From NCBI GenBank assembly GCA_947304475.1, contig CAMZBE010000001.1:1-30413 (forward strand): DNA of 30,413 nt, written 5' to 3'. Each line of letters begins with the position of its first letter. Positions within the stretch are counted from its first letter, which is position 1. This stretch comes from an uncultured Clostridia bacterium. Lineage in GTDB: Bacteria > Bacillota > Clostridia > Oscillospirales > CAG-272. Under the pieces are notes generated by a model that had not been told where the DNA came from, searched no databases, and was given only the letters and a program-made list of their open reading frames with translations. Both the position numbers and the translations under genes were made by a program. Of the stretch, positions 17,958 through 26,044 are shown in pieces.

Positions 17958-19940
17958 ATGGCAAAACAGAAACAGGAACAGAACCGCGGGGAGAAAAACG
18001 TCCCCGCCAAAAGACAGAACCGTCCCGGCAAACGCCGGGCGGACGCGCGTCCCCACGCCGGGACCGAAAACCGGCGCGACGCGGAGAAGAACAAGCGGCA
18101 GGCGCCATCGTCGCCCGCAGCGAAAGCCGGCAGAAAGAACAGGGGAGACGTTCGTGACAATCCCCGCGCCGCCGAACTTCGCGGGATGAAGAACGCCGGC
18201 GCAAGACGCGAAAGAAACGCCGAAAGAGCGCCGCGGTCCGCGCGCAAGAACAACGGTCGGCAGAACAGGGGCAACTTTGACGGCACGCTCCGGATCATCC
18301 CGCTCGGCGGGCTCGGCGAGATCGGGAAGAATATGACCGCGATCGAGTACGGCGACGATATCGTCGTGATCGACTGCGGGCTCGCCTTCCCCGACGAGGA
18401 TATGCCGGGCGTGGATCTGGTGATCCCGGACGTCTCCTACCTCGTCAAGAACCGGGAGCGCGTGCGCGGGATCCTGCTCACTCACGGGCACGAGGATCAT
18501 ATCGGCGCGATCCCCTACGTATTGCAGCAGATCAATCTCCCGATCTACGGCACGCGCCTGACGCTCGGGATCGTCAAAAACAAACTGGAAGAGACTTCCC
18601 TGCCCTTCCCGCCCGATCTTCGCACGGTTGAGGCGGGCGACACCGTCGACCTCGGCGTGATGCGGGCGGAGTTCATTCACGTCAATCACTCGATTGCCGA
18701 CGCCTGCTGCATCGCGCTGCACACCCCGGCGGGGATCGTTTTCCACACCGGCGACTTCAAACTCGACGTCTCCCCGATTGACGGGAAGATGATCGACCTC
18801 GTCCGGATCGGGCAACTCGGGGACGAGGGCGTGAAACTCCTGCTCTGCGAGTCGACCAACGCCGAGCGCCCCGGCTTTACGCCGTCCGAGCGGACGGTGG
18901 GGCTGTCGCTCGACCGGATCTTTATGGAGAACCGCGACAAGCGGCTGATCATCGCGACCTTCTCGTCCAACGTCCATCGCGTTCAGCAGATCATCAACGC
19001 CGCCGCCAAATACGGTCGGCGCGTCGCGGTCGTGGGGCGGAGCATGGTGAACGTCATCGGCGCCGCCGTCGAACTCGGGTATATGAACGTTCCCGAGGGC
19101 GTTCTGATTGACGCCGCGGACGCGAAACGGTATAAGCCCGAGCAGTTGACCATCATCACGACCGGATCGCAGGGCGAACCGATGTCCGCGCTCTACCGGA
19201 TGGCGTTCTCGGAGCACAACCAGATCAAACTGACGCCCTCGGATCTGGTGATCCTGTCGGCGTCGGCGATCCCCGGCAACGAGAAACTGGTCGGCAAGAT
19301 CATCAACGCCCTGGTGCGCGCGGGCATCCACGTCGTCAACGACGCGGTCGCAGACGTCCACGTGTCGGGGCACGCCTGCCGCGAGGAACTGAAACTGATG
19401 ATCGGTCTGGTCAAGCCCGAGTACTTTATGCCGGTTCACGGCGAGGAACGCCACCTCTACGCCAACAAGGCGCTCGCCGAGTTCATGGGCATTCCCGCGG
19501 ATCATATTTTCGTGTCGACCGAACTCGGGCAGGTGCTTGAGATCGACCGCAAGGGCGCCCGCTTCGCTTCGTCGGTCCCCGCCGGAAAGGTGCTGGTCGA
19601 CGGTTCGGGCGTCGGGGACGTCGGTTCCGTGGTGCTTCGCGACCGTAAAACCCTGGCACAGAGCGGTCTGATCGCCGTGGTCGCGACCGTCGATCCCGCC
19701 GAAAAAGAGATCGTTTCGGGGCCCGAGGTGGTCTCGCGCGGCTTCGTCTACGTCCGCGACAACGAGGAGTTGATGGATCGGGCACGGAAGATCGCCTACG
19801 ACGCGATCAACCGCGCGCTCGACGAGTTCGGGTGCGATTGGGCGGCGATGAAGACGGCGGTGAAGGAGAAGTTGGCGAAGTTTCTGTACGAAGCAACGGG
19901 ACGAAGCCCTGTCATTTTACCGGTGATACTCTCGCTTTGA
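17958..19940 (+). CDS. rnj: Ribonuclease J with a ~110-aa basic N-terminal extension (660 aa)
   Basis: IIPLGGLGEIGKN, HGHEDHIG, HTGDFK, ESTN, TGSQGEP, IPGNE and HVSGH. GAAGGAAAGGA RBS. Confidence 0.96.
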   Translation: MAKQKQEQNRGEKNVPAKRQNRPGKRRADARPHAGTENRRDAEKNKRQAPSSPAAKAGRKNRGDVRDNPRAAELRGMKNAGARRERNAERAPRSARKNNGRQNRGNFDGTLRIIPLGGLGEIGKNMTAIEYGDDIVVIDCGLAFPDEDMPGVDLVIPDVSYLVKNRERVRGILLTHGHEDHIGAIPYVLQQINLPIYGTRLTLGIVKNKLEETSLPFPPDLRTVEAGDTVDLGVMRAEFIHVNHSIADACCIALHTPAGIVFHTGDFKLDVSPIDGKMIDLVRIGQLGDEGVKLLLCESTNAERPGFTPSERTVGLSLDRIFMENRDKRLIIATFSSNVHRVQQIINAAAKYGRRVAVVGRSMVNVIGAAVELGYMNVPEGVLIDAADAKRYKPEQLTIITTGSQGEPMSALYRMAFSEHNQIKLTPSDLVILSASAIPGNEKLVGKIINALVRAGIHVVNDAVADVHVSGHACREELKLMIGLVKPEYFMPVHGEERHLYANKALAEFMGIPADHIFVSTELGQVLEIDRKGARFASSVPAGKVLVDGSGVGDVGSVVLRDRKTLAQSGLIAVVATVDPAEKEIVSGPEVVSRGFVYVRDNEELMDRARKIAYDAINRALDEFGCDWAAMKTAVKEKLAKFLYEATGRSPVILPVILSL

Positions 19941-20044
19941 CACCCACGGGCGGCACAGACCGGAAAACAAAAAGAGCATCTCATAACGCCTTAACGCTTT
20001 TCTCTTTGTGCAACCCCCTCACACAGCAAAACGCAAGCAAGGAG

Positions 20045-20084
20045 GAAAACCGACCGCATCCGCGGTCGGTTTTCTTCGTTTATT
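20045..20084 (+). terminator. Intrinsic terminator after rnj
   Basis: Perfect 13-bp stem 20045-20057/20062-20074 followed by TTCGTTTATT. Confidence 0.65.
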
Positions 20085-20100
20085 ATGCAACAAACAGAAG

Positions 20101-20129
20101 TTGCAAAAAGAGGATCGGCGTGATATAAT
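20101..20129 (+). promoter_or_regulatory. sigma-A promoter of the EEP lipoprotein gene
   Basis: TTGCAA, 17-nt spacer, TATAAT, with TG at 20121-20122. Confidence 0.72.
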
Positions 20130-20159
20130 GGATGCAGAACGCGAAGGGGGACGGGAAAA

Positions 20160-21080
20160 ATGAAAAACGTGAAAACGATTGCGCTGGTTCTGCTTGCGGG
20201 GCTGATGGTCTTCGGGCTCGCGGCGTGCGCGATAGAACCGGAAGAGGAAACCGACGCGCCGACCACGACCGACGCGCCGTCGGAAACGACGGCGGCGATC
20301 ACCACGGCGGCGACCACTGCGGCGCCGGAATCCGAACCGATCGTTCTGAAGATCCTTGCGGCAAACGTGCAGAACGCCGACTATGACAGGAGCGGAGAGG
20401 CGACGCTCGCCGACAAGTACCAAAAACTTGCCGACGCGTTCAGCACCAAGTCGCCCGACTTGGTTTTCCTGCCTGAGAGCGGCTCGACGCTCGCCGCAGA
20501 GGGGATTTGCAGTCGGATGGCAAACGCGTCGGACTACGAGGTCGTCGCGGGCGCGGGCGCAAACGTCATGATGCTCTACAACAAAGAGGTCTTTACCCTG
20601 CTCAGCCAGGGCTGCCAGCAGATCGGAGCCAAGGACGACGAAAACGGCTCGAAATACGACCGCTATATGGTCTGGGCGAAACTCCGCCACAAAGCGAGCG
20701 GCGCACAGATGGTGGTCGTTCCGATCCACGTCGACTACGCGACGCAGGCGTGCAAAGCGCAGATCAACACGATCGTCAATTATCTGAAGAACAACTTCCC
20801 GAAGATCCCGTTCATCCTCGGCGGCGACTTCAATCTTGAATTAAACACGATCTCCAAGACGTCGCTTGTGAGCGAAGGATACCTGAACGCCGGTTCGACC
20901 GCGACCGAGAAGGTCAACGGCGGCGCGGCGACCTTCCCCGGCAAGAACAGTATCATCGACTTTGTGTGGTATAAGGGAGGGATCTTTTATAAGGCGACGG
21001 CGAACAAGTACGAAGTGATCACCGACGCGCTCCCGACCGACCACCGACCGATTTACGTGGAGATTACGATTACAAAGTAA
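20160..21080 (+). CDS. Lipoprotein with endonuclease/exonuclease/phosphatase (EEP) domain (306 aa)
   Basis: Lipobox LAAC and a Thr/Ala/Pro-rich linker, then EEP motifs ANVQN, DLVFLPE, GGDFN, IDFVW and TDHRP. Confidence 0.85.
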   Translation: MKNVKTIALVLLAGLMVFGLAACAIEPEEETDAPTTTDAPSETTAAITTAATTAAPESEPIVLKILAANVQNADYDRSGEATLADKYQKLADAFSTKSPDLVFLPESGSTLAAEGICSRMANASDYEVVAGAGANVMMLYNKEVFTLLSQGCQQIGAKDDENGSKYDRYMVWAKLRHKASGAQMVVVPIHVDYATQACKAQINTIVNYLKNNFPKIPFILGGDFNLELNTISKTSLVSEGYLNAGSTATEKVNGGAATFPGKNSIIDFVWYKGGIFYKATANKYEVITDALPTDHRPIYVEITITK

Positions 21081-21082
21081 CC

Positions 21083-21207
21083 GTTATGAGTTGCGCCGAG
21101 GCGCAACGTCCAGAACGATGAGAATGCCGCCCGTTTTCGGGCGGCATTCGTTTTTTTTGTTATACCGCGGGCAAAGAGAACCGCGGCGCCCGCGTTTTTG
21201 AAACCGC
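21083..21207 (+). repeat. GTTATGAG-hairpin module, copy 2
   Basis: Hand alignment: 21083-21133 vs 6180-6230 is 44/51 identical; 21139-21152 equals 6235-6248; 21155-21207 vs 6282-6334 is 43/53 identical. Lacks the third hairpin of copy 1. Confidence 0.8.
21122..21158 (+). terminator. Intrinsic terminator formed inside repeat copy 2
   Basis: Perfect 12-bp stem 21122-21133/21138-21149 followed by G and 8 T. Confidence 0.8.
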
Positions 21208-21239
21208 ACGGGCGCTTCGGCCTCTCGTCCTTCCCCATT

Positions 21240-21255
21240 TGTTTCACGTGAAACG
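21240..21255. promoter_or_regulatory. parS centromere site (15/16 match)
   Basis: TGTTTCACGTGAAACG vs the consensus TGTTTCACGTGAAACA. Confidence 0.85.
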
Positions 21256-21256
21256 T

Positions 21257-21895
21257 TCAGGAGATCAGATTGTCGATCAGTTGCAGAATCGAGGGCATCA
21301 GGCGGCAGAGGACCAAGAAGAGAACGACGCAGACGGCGGCGGTCCAGGCGAGCGCCCTCGGCGTGACGCGGGCGGCTTGCGCGTAGCGGCGCTCCGCCTC
21401 GTCGGTATGGTCCGCGTCGAGATAGAAGCGCGCCTCGGACAGATCCGGGAAGAAATACTTCCGCAGAGCGACGAAGGGGTTCTTCTCGCGGTTCTTTCGG
21501 GCGGCGTCCTTTTCTTCCTTGCGTTCGGCGCGCGTTTTCTTTCGGTATTCGGGCGCCGGTTCGCCGGCGATTCGTACGCAGCGACGGAGTCCCGAGGTCC
21601 GGTCGTGCAGCGAAAAGCGGAGCGCGAGCGAATGCTTTATGGACAGGTCGGAGAGAGCGCGCGCGTCGTCCTGCGACATGATCTTGCGCGCGAACAGTTC
21701 GCGGGCGAGCCGGTCGGGCACGCTCCGGCGGTAGATGAGGAATGCGGACGCGAGAAGAACGACCAGCAGAAACGCCCCGACGGCAAGATTCACCTCCCAC
21801 GCCCGGAGCGAGTTCGGAAGCGTCGTAAAGGCGGGCAGTTCCCGGTCAAAGAACTCGGAAACGAAAAACGAGCCGATTGAAAGCAGTCCCATCAC
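21257..21895 (-). CDS. Hypothetical two-TM membrane protein, translationally coupled to parB (212 aa)
   Basis: Start overlaps the parB stop. TM segments at ~35-55 and ~181-197, with a basic loop between them. Confidence 0.7.
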   Translation of the reverse strand: MMGLLSIGSFFVSEFFDRELPAFTTLPNSLRAWEVNLAVGAFLLVVLLASAFLIYRRSVPDRLARELFARKIMSQDDARALSDLSIKHSLALRFSLHDRTSGLRRCVRIAGEPAPEYRKKTRAERKEEKDAARKNREKNPFVALRKYFFPDLSEARFYLDADHTDEAERRYAQAARVTPRALAWTAAVCVVLFLVLCRLMPSILQLIDNLIS

Positions 21896-22770
21896 AAACC
21901 TCCCACGAAATCGTCTCCCATAATCCTGCGGAGCAGTGCGTCGAGGTCCTCGTTGTCTTCAAAATAGAGCGTCAGGGATTTCTGTTTCCCTTTTGCGGAG
22001 ATCTTCACGCGCCGCCCGAGGTCCGAGATCATACGCCGCTCCAGTTCCGCGACGTAATCCACGACCGGCGGCTCTTCTTCGGGCGTTTCGCGGGCGGGCT
22101 TGTTCGCGCGCTTGACCAGCAGTTCCAACTCGCGCACCGAAAGCCCGTCGTCGATGCACCGCTTGGCGAGCGGGGCGATCTCGGTGCGGTCGCGCAGACC
22201 GAGCAGCGTCCGGGCGTGCCCCGCGGAGAGGGCGCCGGACGACACCAGCGTTTTCACCTCGTCGGGCAGTTCCAGAAGCCGCGTCGCGTTCGCGATATAA
22301 CTGCGGCTCTTGCCCACGCGGCGGGACAGATCTTCCTGCGTCATACCGAACTCTCCCGCGAGCGCGCGGAACGCCGCCGCCTCTTCGATCGGGTTCAGGT
22401 CTTCGCGCTGCAGGTTCTCCACCAGCGCGATCTCGGCGGCGGCAAGATCGTCGCTGTCGAGGATCACGGCGGGGACCTCCGAAAGGTCCGCGAGTTTTGC
22501 CGCTCGCCAGCGCCGTTCCCCTGCGATGATCTGGTACCGTCCGTTGCCCGACGAGCGTACGAGAATGGGCTGCAGAACGCCGTGCGCCGCGATCGAGGCG
22601 GCAAGTTCGGAGAGGGCGTCGGGATCGAAATTCTTGCGCGGCTGCCCGCTTTTGGGATCGATCAGCGACGTTTTCAGTTTCTCGGCGCCGCCCGGTTTCT
22701 TTTCGTCTTCAAAGGTTTCGAGGAAGAGGGCGTCCAGCCCCCGTCCGATCCCGCTTTTTTTCGCTGCCAT
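21892..22770 (-). CDS. parB: Chromosome partition protein ParB/Spo0J (292 aa)
   Basis: QPRKNF, CTPase motif IIAGERRWRAA, ENLQREDLNPIEEA and HTH GKSRSYIAN. Confidence 0.96.
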   Translation of the reverse strand: MAAKKSGIGRGLDALFLETFEDEKKPGGAEKLKTSLIDPKSGQPRKNFDPDALSELAASIAAHGVLQPILVRSSGNGRYQIIAGERRWRAAKLADLSEVPAVILDSDDLAAAEIALVENLQREDLNPIEEAAAFRALAGEFGMTQEDLSRRVGKSRSYIANATRLLELPDEVKTLVSSGALSAGHARTLLGLRDRTEIAPLAKRCIDDGLSVRELELLVKRANKPARETPEEEPPVVDYVAELERRMISDLGRRVKISAKGKQKSLTLYFEDNEDLDALLRRIMGDDFVGGL

Positions 22771-22789
22771 CGTTTTTTCCTTTCCCGGA

Positions 22790-23551
22790 TCAGATCCGGA
22801 GCGTCAATTCCTTCGCCACGTCGGCGTATTCGAGCGTCGCCTTGCCGTACGGATCGTGATAGCAGAGCGGCGTGCCGTAACTCGGCGCTTCCGATACCTT
22901 CACGCTCCGGGTGATGGGCGTTGCGAAGAGTTTGTCGGCGTAGTAGCGTTTCAGGTCGTCCACGACCTGCTTGGTCTGGGTGAGCCGCCCGTTATACATC
23001 GTCAGCAGGATCCCGAGGATCTCGAGTTTCGGGTTCGAGTGCTGCCGCACCCGGCGGATCGTGACCAACAGTTGCGACAGCCCCTCCATCGAGTAGAACT
23101 CGCACTGCATCGGGATCACCACGCCGTCGGCGGCGGTGAGGACCGAGACCGTGATCATACCGAGCGAGGGCGGACAGTCGATAAAAACGTAGTCGAAGAG
23201 CGAGAGGATCGGCGCGATCGCCTCGCGGAACTTCTTTTCGCGCGCGTCCATCTCGAACAGGTCGAACTCCACCCCGGCGAGGTCGAGCGACGACGGAATG
23301 ATCCACAGGTTCTTGTAGTTGGTGCGCACCAGCGCCTCGTTCGCCGTGCACGCGCCGACGATCACCTCGTAGACGTTGTGCGGCGCGCTGCGCTTGCTGA
23401 CGTTGACGCCGGTCGTGGCGTTGCCCTGCGGATCCATGTCGATCAGCAGGACGTTTTTGCCGCGCTTGGCGACGGCGGCGGCGATGTTCACGCAGGACGT
23501 GGTCTTCCCCACGCCGCCCTTCTGGTTGGAAAAAGCAATAATCTTTGCCAT
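22790..23551 (-). CDS. parA: Chromosome partition ATPase ParA/Soj (253 aa)
   Basis: Deviant Walker A NQKGGVGKTT, DMDPQGNAT, IDCPPSLG and EAPSYG. Confidence 0.96.
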   Translation of the reverse strand: MAKIIAFSNQKGGVGKTTSCVNIAAAVAKRGKNVLLIDMDPQGNATTGVNVSKRSAPHNVYEVIVGACTANEALVRTNYKNLWIIPSSLDLAGVEFDLFEMDAREKKFREAIAPILSLFDYVFIDCPPSLGMITVSVLTAADGVVIPMQCEFYSMEGLSQLLVTIRRVRQHSNPKLEILGILLTMYNGRLTQTKQVVDDLKRYYADKLFATPITRSVKVSEAPSYGTPLCYHDPYGKATLEYADVAKELTLRI

Positions 23552-23600
23552 GGTATCCTCCGTTGCTCTCTTGTTCGGGAGCGGCTTCTTCTCCTTTTCT

Positions 23601-23629
23601 ATTATATATCAAAGCGGCGGGAAAGTCAA
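23601..23629 (-). promoter_or_regulatory. sigma-A promoter of the parAB operon
   Basis: Minus strand: TTGACT, 17-nt spacer, TATAAT. Confidence 0.75.
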
Positions 23630-23641
23630 TCGCCGCGCCTC

Positions 23642-23657
23642 TGTTTCACGTGAAACA
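23642..23657. promoter_or_regulatory. parS centromere site (perfect)
   Basis: TGTTTCACGTGAAACA, a 16-bp palindrome. Confidence 0.92.
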
Positions 23658-23685
23658 ATCCGCCGCGCCGCCGCGAAGAAAACGA

Positions 23686-23714
23686 TTGACAGGGCGCGTT
23701 TGGCGTGCTATAAT
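23686..23714 (+). promoter_or_regulatory. Consensus sigma-A promoter of the antiporter gene
   Basis: TTGACA, 17-nt spacer, TATAAT, with an extended TG at 23706-23707. Confidence 0.85.
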
Positions 23715-23760
23715 AACAAGGTAATTTGTCGAAGCGAAAGGACTGATCAAAATACCGTCT

Positions 23761-24813
23761 TTGATCCCTATTGAAAACCTGCCCGTCGCGCTGATCTGCC
23801 TGGTCGTCTCGATCGCGGTCATCGTCAAGGGCGGAGACTGGTTCGTGTCCGCCGCGTCCTGGATGGCGGAAGTGTCGGGGGTGCCGAAACTGATCGTCGG
23901 GGCGACCATCGTCAGCCTGGCGACCACACTCCCCGAGATGCTGGTGTCGGCGTTCTCCGCCGTTTCGGCGCGTGCGACCGGCGACGCCGCCTATATCGAT
24001 ATGTCGATCGGGAACGCGGTCGGTTCGGTCACGGCGAACACCGGACTGATCCTCGCGATCGCCCTGATCTTTATGGCGGGCACGATCGAGCGGAAGGAAT
24101 ACCTGCTCAAATCCTGCCTGTTCATCGGAGCGGCGGGCGTGATCGCCGCGTTCGGATTGACCGGCTCGCTCGGTCTCTTCCCGAACCTGCTCCTGCTTGT
24201 CATCTTCGCCGTCGCCATGACCGAAAACGTCCTCGGCGCGGTGCGGCAGGTGCGCGCCGCCAAAGCCGGCGCGAACGGAGCCCCCGAAACCGGCTCGCCG
24301 GAGCCCGTCGATCTCGTAAGACCGCGGGCGACCGGGAAACTCTGGACGAAAAACGTCCTGCTGTTTCTGATCGGCGCGGCGGCGATCGGGATCGGCGCCA
24401 ACGTCCTGGTAAGTAGCGCCGAGTACGTCGCGAAAGCCGCGCACGTTCCCGAACGCGTCATCGCCGTCACGGTCCTTGCCGTCGGGACGTCGCTTCCCGA
24501 ACTGGTCACGACGGTTACGGCGGTCGTCAAACACGAAATGTCGCTCTCCGCGGGCAACATTATCGGCGCGAACATTATGGATATGACCTTGATCATGCCC
24601 ATCTGCGGGCTGATCTCGGGCAAGGCGCTGCCGGTCACGGCGCAGGTCGGGCGCATCGACCTCCCCGCCGCGCTGCTGGTCGCCCTGGTCGCCCTGGTCC
24701 CCGCCCTGGTCAAAAAACGCTTTATGAAATGGCAGGGATTTGCGCTGCTCGCCCTTTACGTCGGGTATCTCGTCCTGACCTGCTTTTTCGGGGAGAAGAT
24801 CGCGGCGCTGTAA
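23761..24813 (+). CDS. Ca2+/Na+ (CaCA, YrbG-type) antiporter (~350 aa; start uncertain)
   Basis: Two alpha-repeats, SLATTLPE...GNAVGS and VGTSLPE...GNIIGAN, plus multiple TM helices. Confidence 0.9.
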   Translation: MIPIENLPVALICLVVSIAVIVKGGDWFVSAASWMAEVSGVPKLIVGATIVSLATTLPEMLVSAFSAVSARATGDAAYIDMSIGNAVGSVTANTGLILAIALIFMAGTIERKEYLLKSCLFIGAAGVIAAFGLTGSLGLFPNLLLLVIFAVAMTENVLGAVRQVRAAKAGANGAPETGSPEPVDLVRPRATGKLWTKNVLLFLIGAAAIGIGANVLVSSAEYVAKAAHVPERVIAVTVLAVGTSLPELVTTVTAVVKHEMSLSAGNIIGANIMDMTLIMPICGLISGKALPVTAQVGRIDLPAALLVALVALVPALVKKRFMKWQGFALLALYVGYLVLTCFFGEKIAAL

Positions 24814-24834
24814 CCGCGCGCGAAAAAAGAGAAG

Positions 24835-24870
24835 AACCCCGCCTGCACGCGCAGGCGGGGTTGTTTTTTT
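24835..24870. terminator. Probably bidirectional intrinsic terminator
   Basis: Perfect 12-bp stem 24835-24846/24851-24862, T7 tract after it and an A-tract before it, between convergent genes. Confidence 0.8.
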
Positions 24871-24898
24871 GCTTTTCTCACGGGCAATTCCGGGTGGT

Positions 24899-26017
24899 TT
24901 ACTGCTGCGCAGGCGTCGGAGACGGCTCCGCTCCGTATCCGAACTGCGTGACGACAAAGTTCTCGGCTCCGAGGACCGGGAACTCCTCATTGCCCCACGG
25001 CTTGTGCCAGTAGAGCCAACCGCGCAGGCGGTTCTCGGTATCGCGCACGCCGTATTGCAGTTGGTCGACCGCCGGGAGCAGTCCCGTTCCGCACTCGAAG
25101 TTCAGCGAGCCGACGATCACGTTGCAGCGCCCCTTCTTGTTCCCGTAGAGTTCAACGTCGGTGGTGGAGAGGATGACGGCGTTGTGCTGCGCAACGATAT
25201 GGTTGATGACCGACAGGTGAGAGGCGTCGTGAAAGGTGATGCCCTCCTCGCAGTTGTGGACGTAGAGGTAGTCGGCGACCACGTGCTCGCCGAGCACGAA
25301 CCCGTAGCGGAAGCCCTGCGCGGCGACGTTGTGCAGGACGTTGTCGTCGTTCTGGTCGTTCGACATGATCAGCCCCGCGACGTGGCAGGGGTTGTGCAGC
25401 AGTTCCTTTTCGAGTTCGGTGTCCCCGACGTTCTCGGACAGGCAGAACTGCGAGTTCTCGACGTTCGCGCGCGACACGTTGCCGAGGTTGACGGCGCCTT
25501 GCGTCGGGTACATCTTGTCTTTATCGAGTTTGACGGCGAATTCAAGGTTGAAGATCGAGAACGCGTCGACGCTGAACCGTCCTGCGTAGCCGTCGCCCTG
25601 CGGAGCCGACAGGATCGACCAGGGGCGCGCCGTGGGATCGTGCTCCTCGGGCGGCGTCCAGTCCGAGAAGATCCGGACGTTGATCCGGCGCTGCCCGCCG
25701 AACCTGGTCGGATCGTTGTAACCGTCGTCCTTCGGTCTCACCTGGTAAGAATAGAGAAGTTTGCAGGGCATCTCCCCCTCCAGTTGAATGTTGTGGATCC
25801 CCCTCGGGATATAGAGTTGCGAGCGCAGCGGGCGCCCGTCGATCTCCTCAATCCCCGGGGACGCGACGCGGTAGCCCCCGCGCGTGTAGGGGAAGAGCAG
25901 TTTTCCCCCGCCGCGTTCGGCAAGGAAATTGATGCCCTTCTGGATTGCGGCGGTATCGTCGGTCACGCCGTCGCCGACCGCGCCGAATTCAAATACCGAA
26001 TAACCGAATGATTCCAT
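24899..26017 (-). CDS. Right-handed beta-helix protein, pectate-lyase-3/GH28-GH55-related N-terminus (372 aa)
   Basis: FGAVGDGVTDDTAAIQ start motif. GGAGG RBS. No signal peptide. Activity unknown. Confidence 0.7.
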   Translation of the reverse strand: MESFGYSVFEFGAVGDGVTDDTAAIQKGINFLAERGGGKLLFPYTRGGYRVASPGIEEIDGRPLRSQLYIPRGIHNIQLEGEMPCKLLYSYQVRPKDDGYNDPTRFGGQRRINVRIFSDWTPPEEHDPTARPWSILSAPQGDGYAGRFSVDAFSIFNLEFAVKLDKDKMYPTQGAVNLGNVSRANVENSQFCLSENVGDTELEKELLHNPCHVAGLIMSNDQNDDNVLHNVAAQGFRYGFVLGEHVVADYLYVHNCEEGITFHDASHLSVINHIVAQHNAVILSTTDVELYGNKKGRCNVIVGSLNFECGTGLLPAVDQLQYGVRDTENRLRGWLYWHKPWGNEEFPVLGAENFVVTQFGYGAEPSPTPAQQ

Positions 26018-26044
26018 AACAGAGTACCTCCAAGCAAATAGTTC

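Noticed and set aside
20229-20340. ACC/ACG/GCG-rich quasi-repeats in the EEP gene
   Set aside because: They simply encode the Thr/Ala linker; not an independent DNA repeat.
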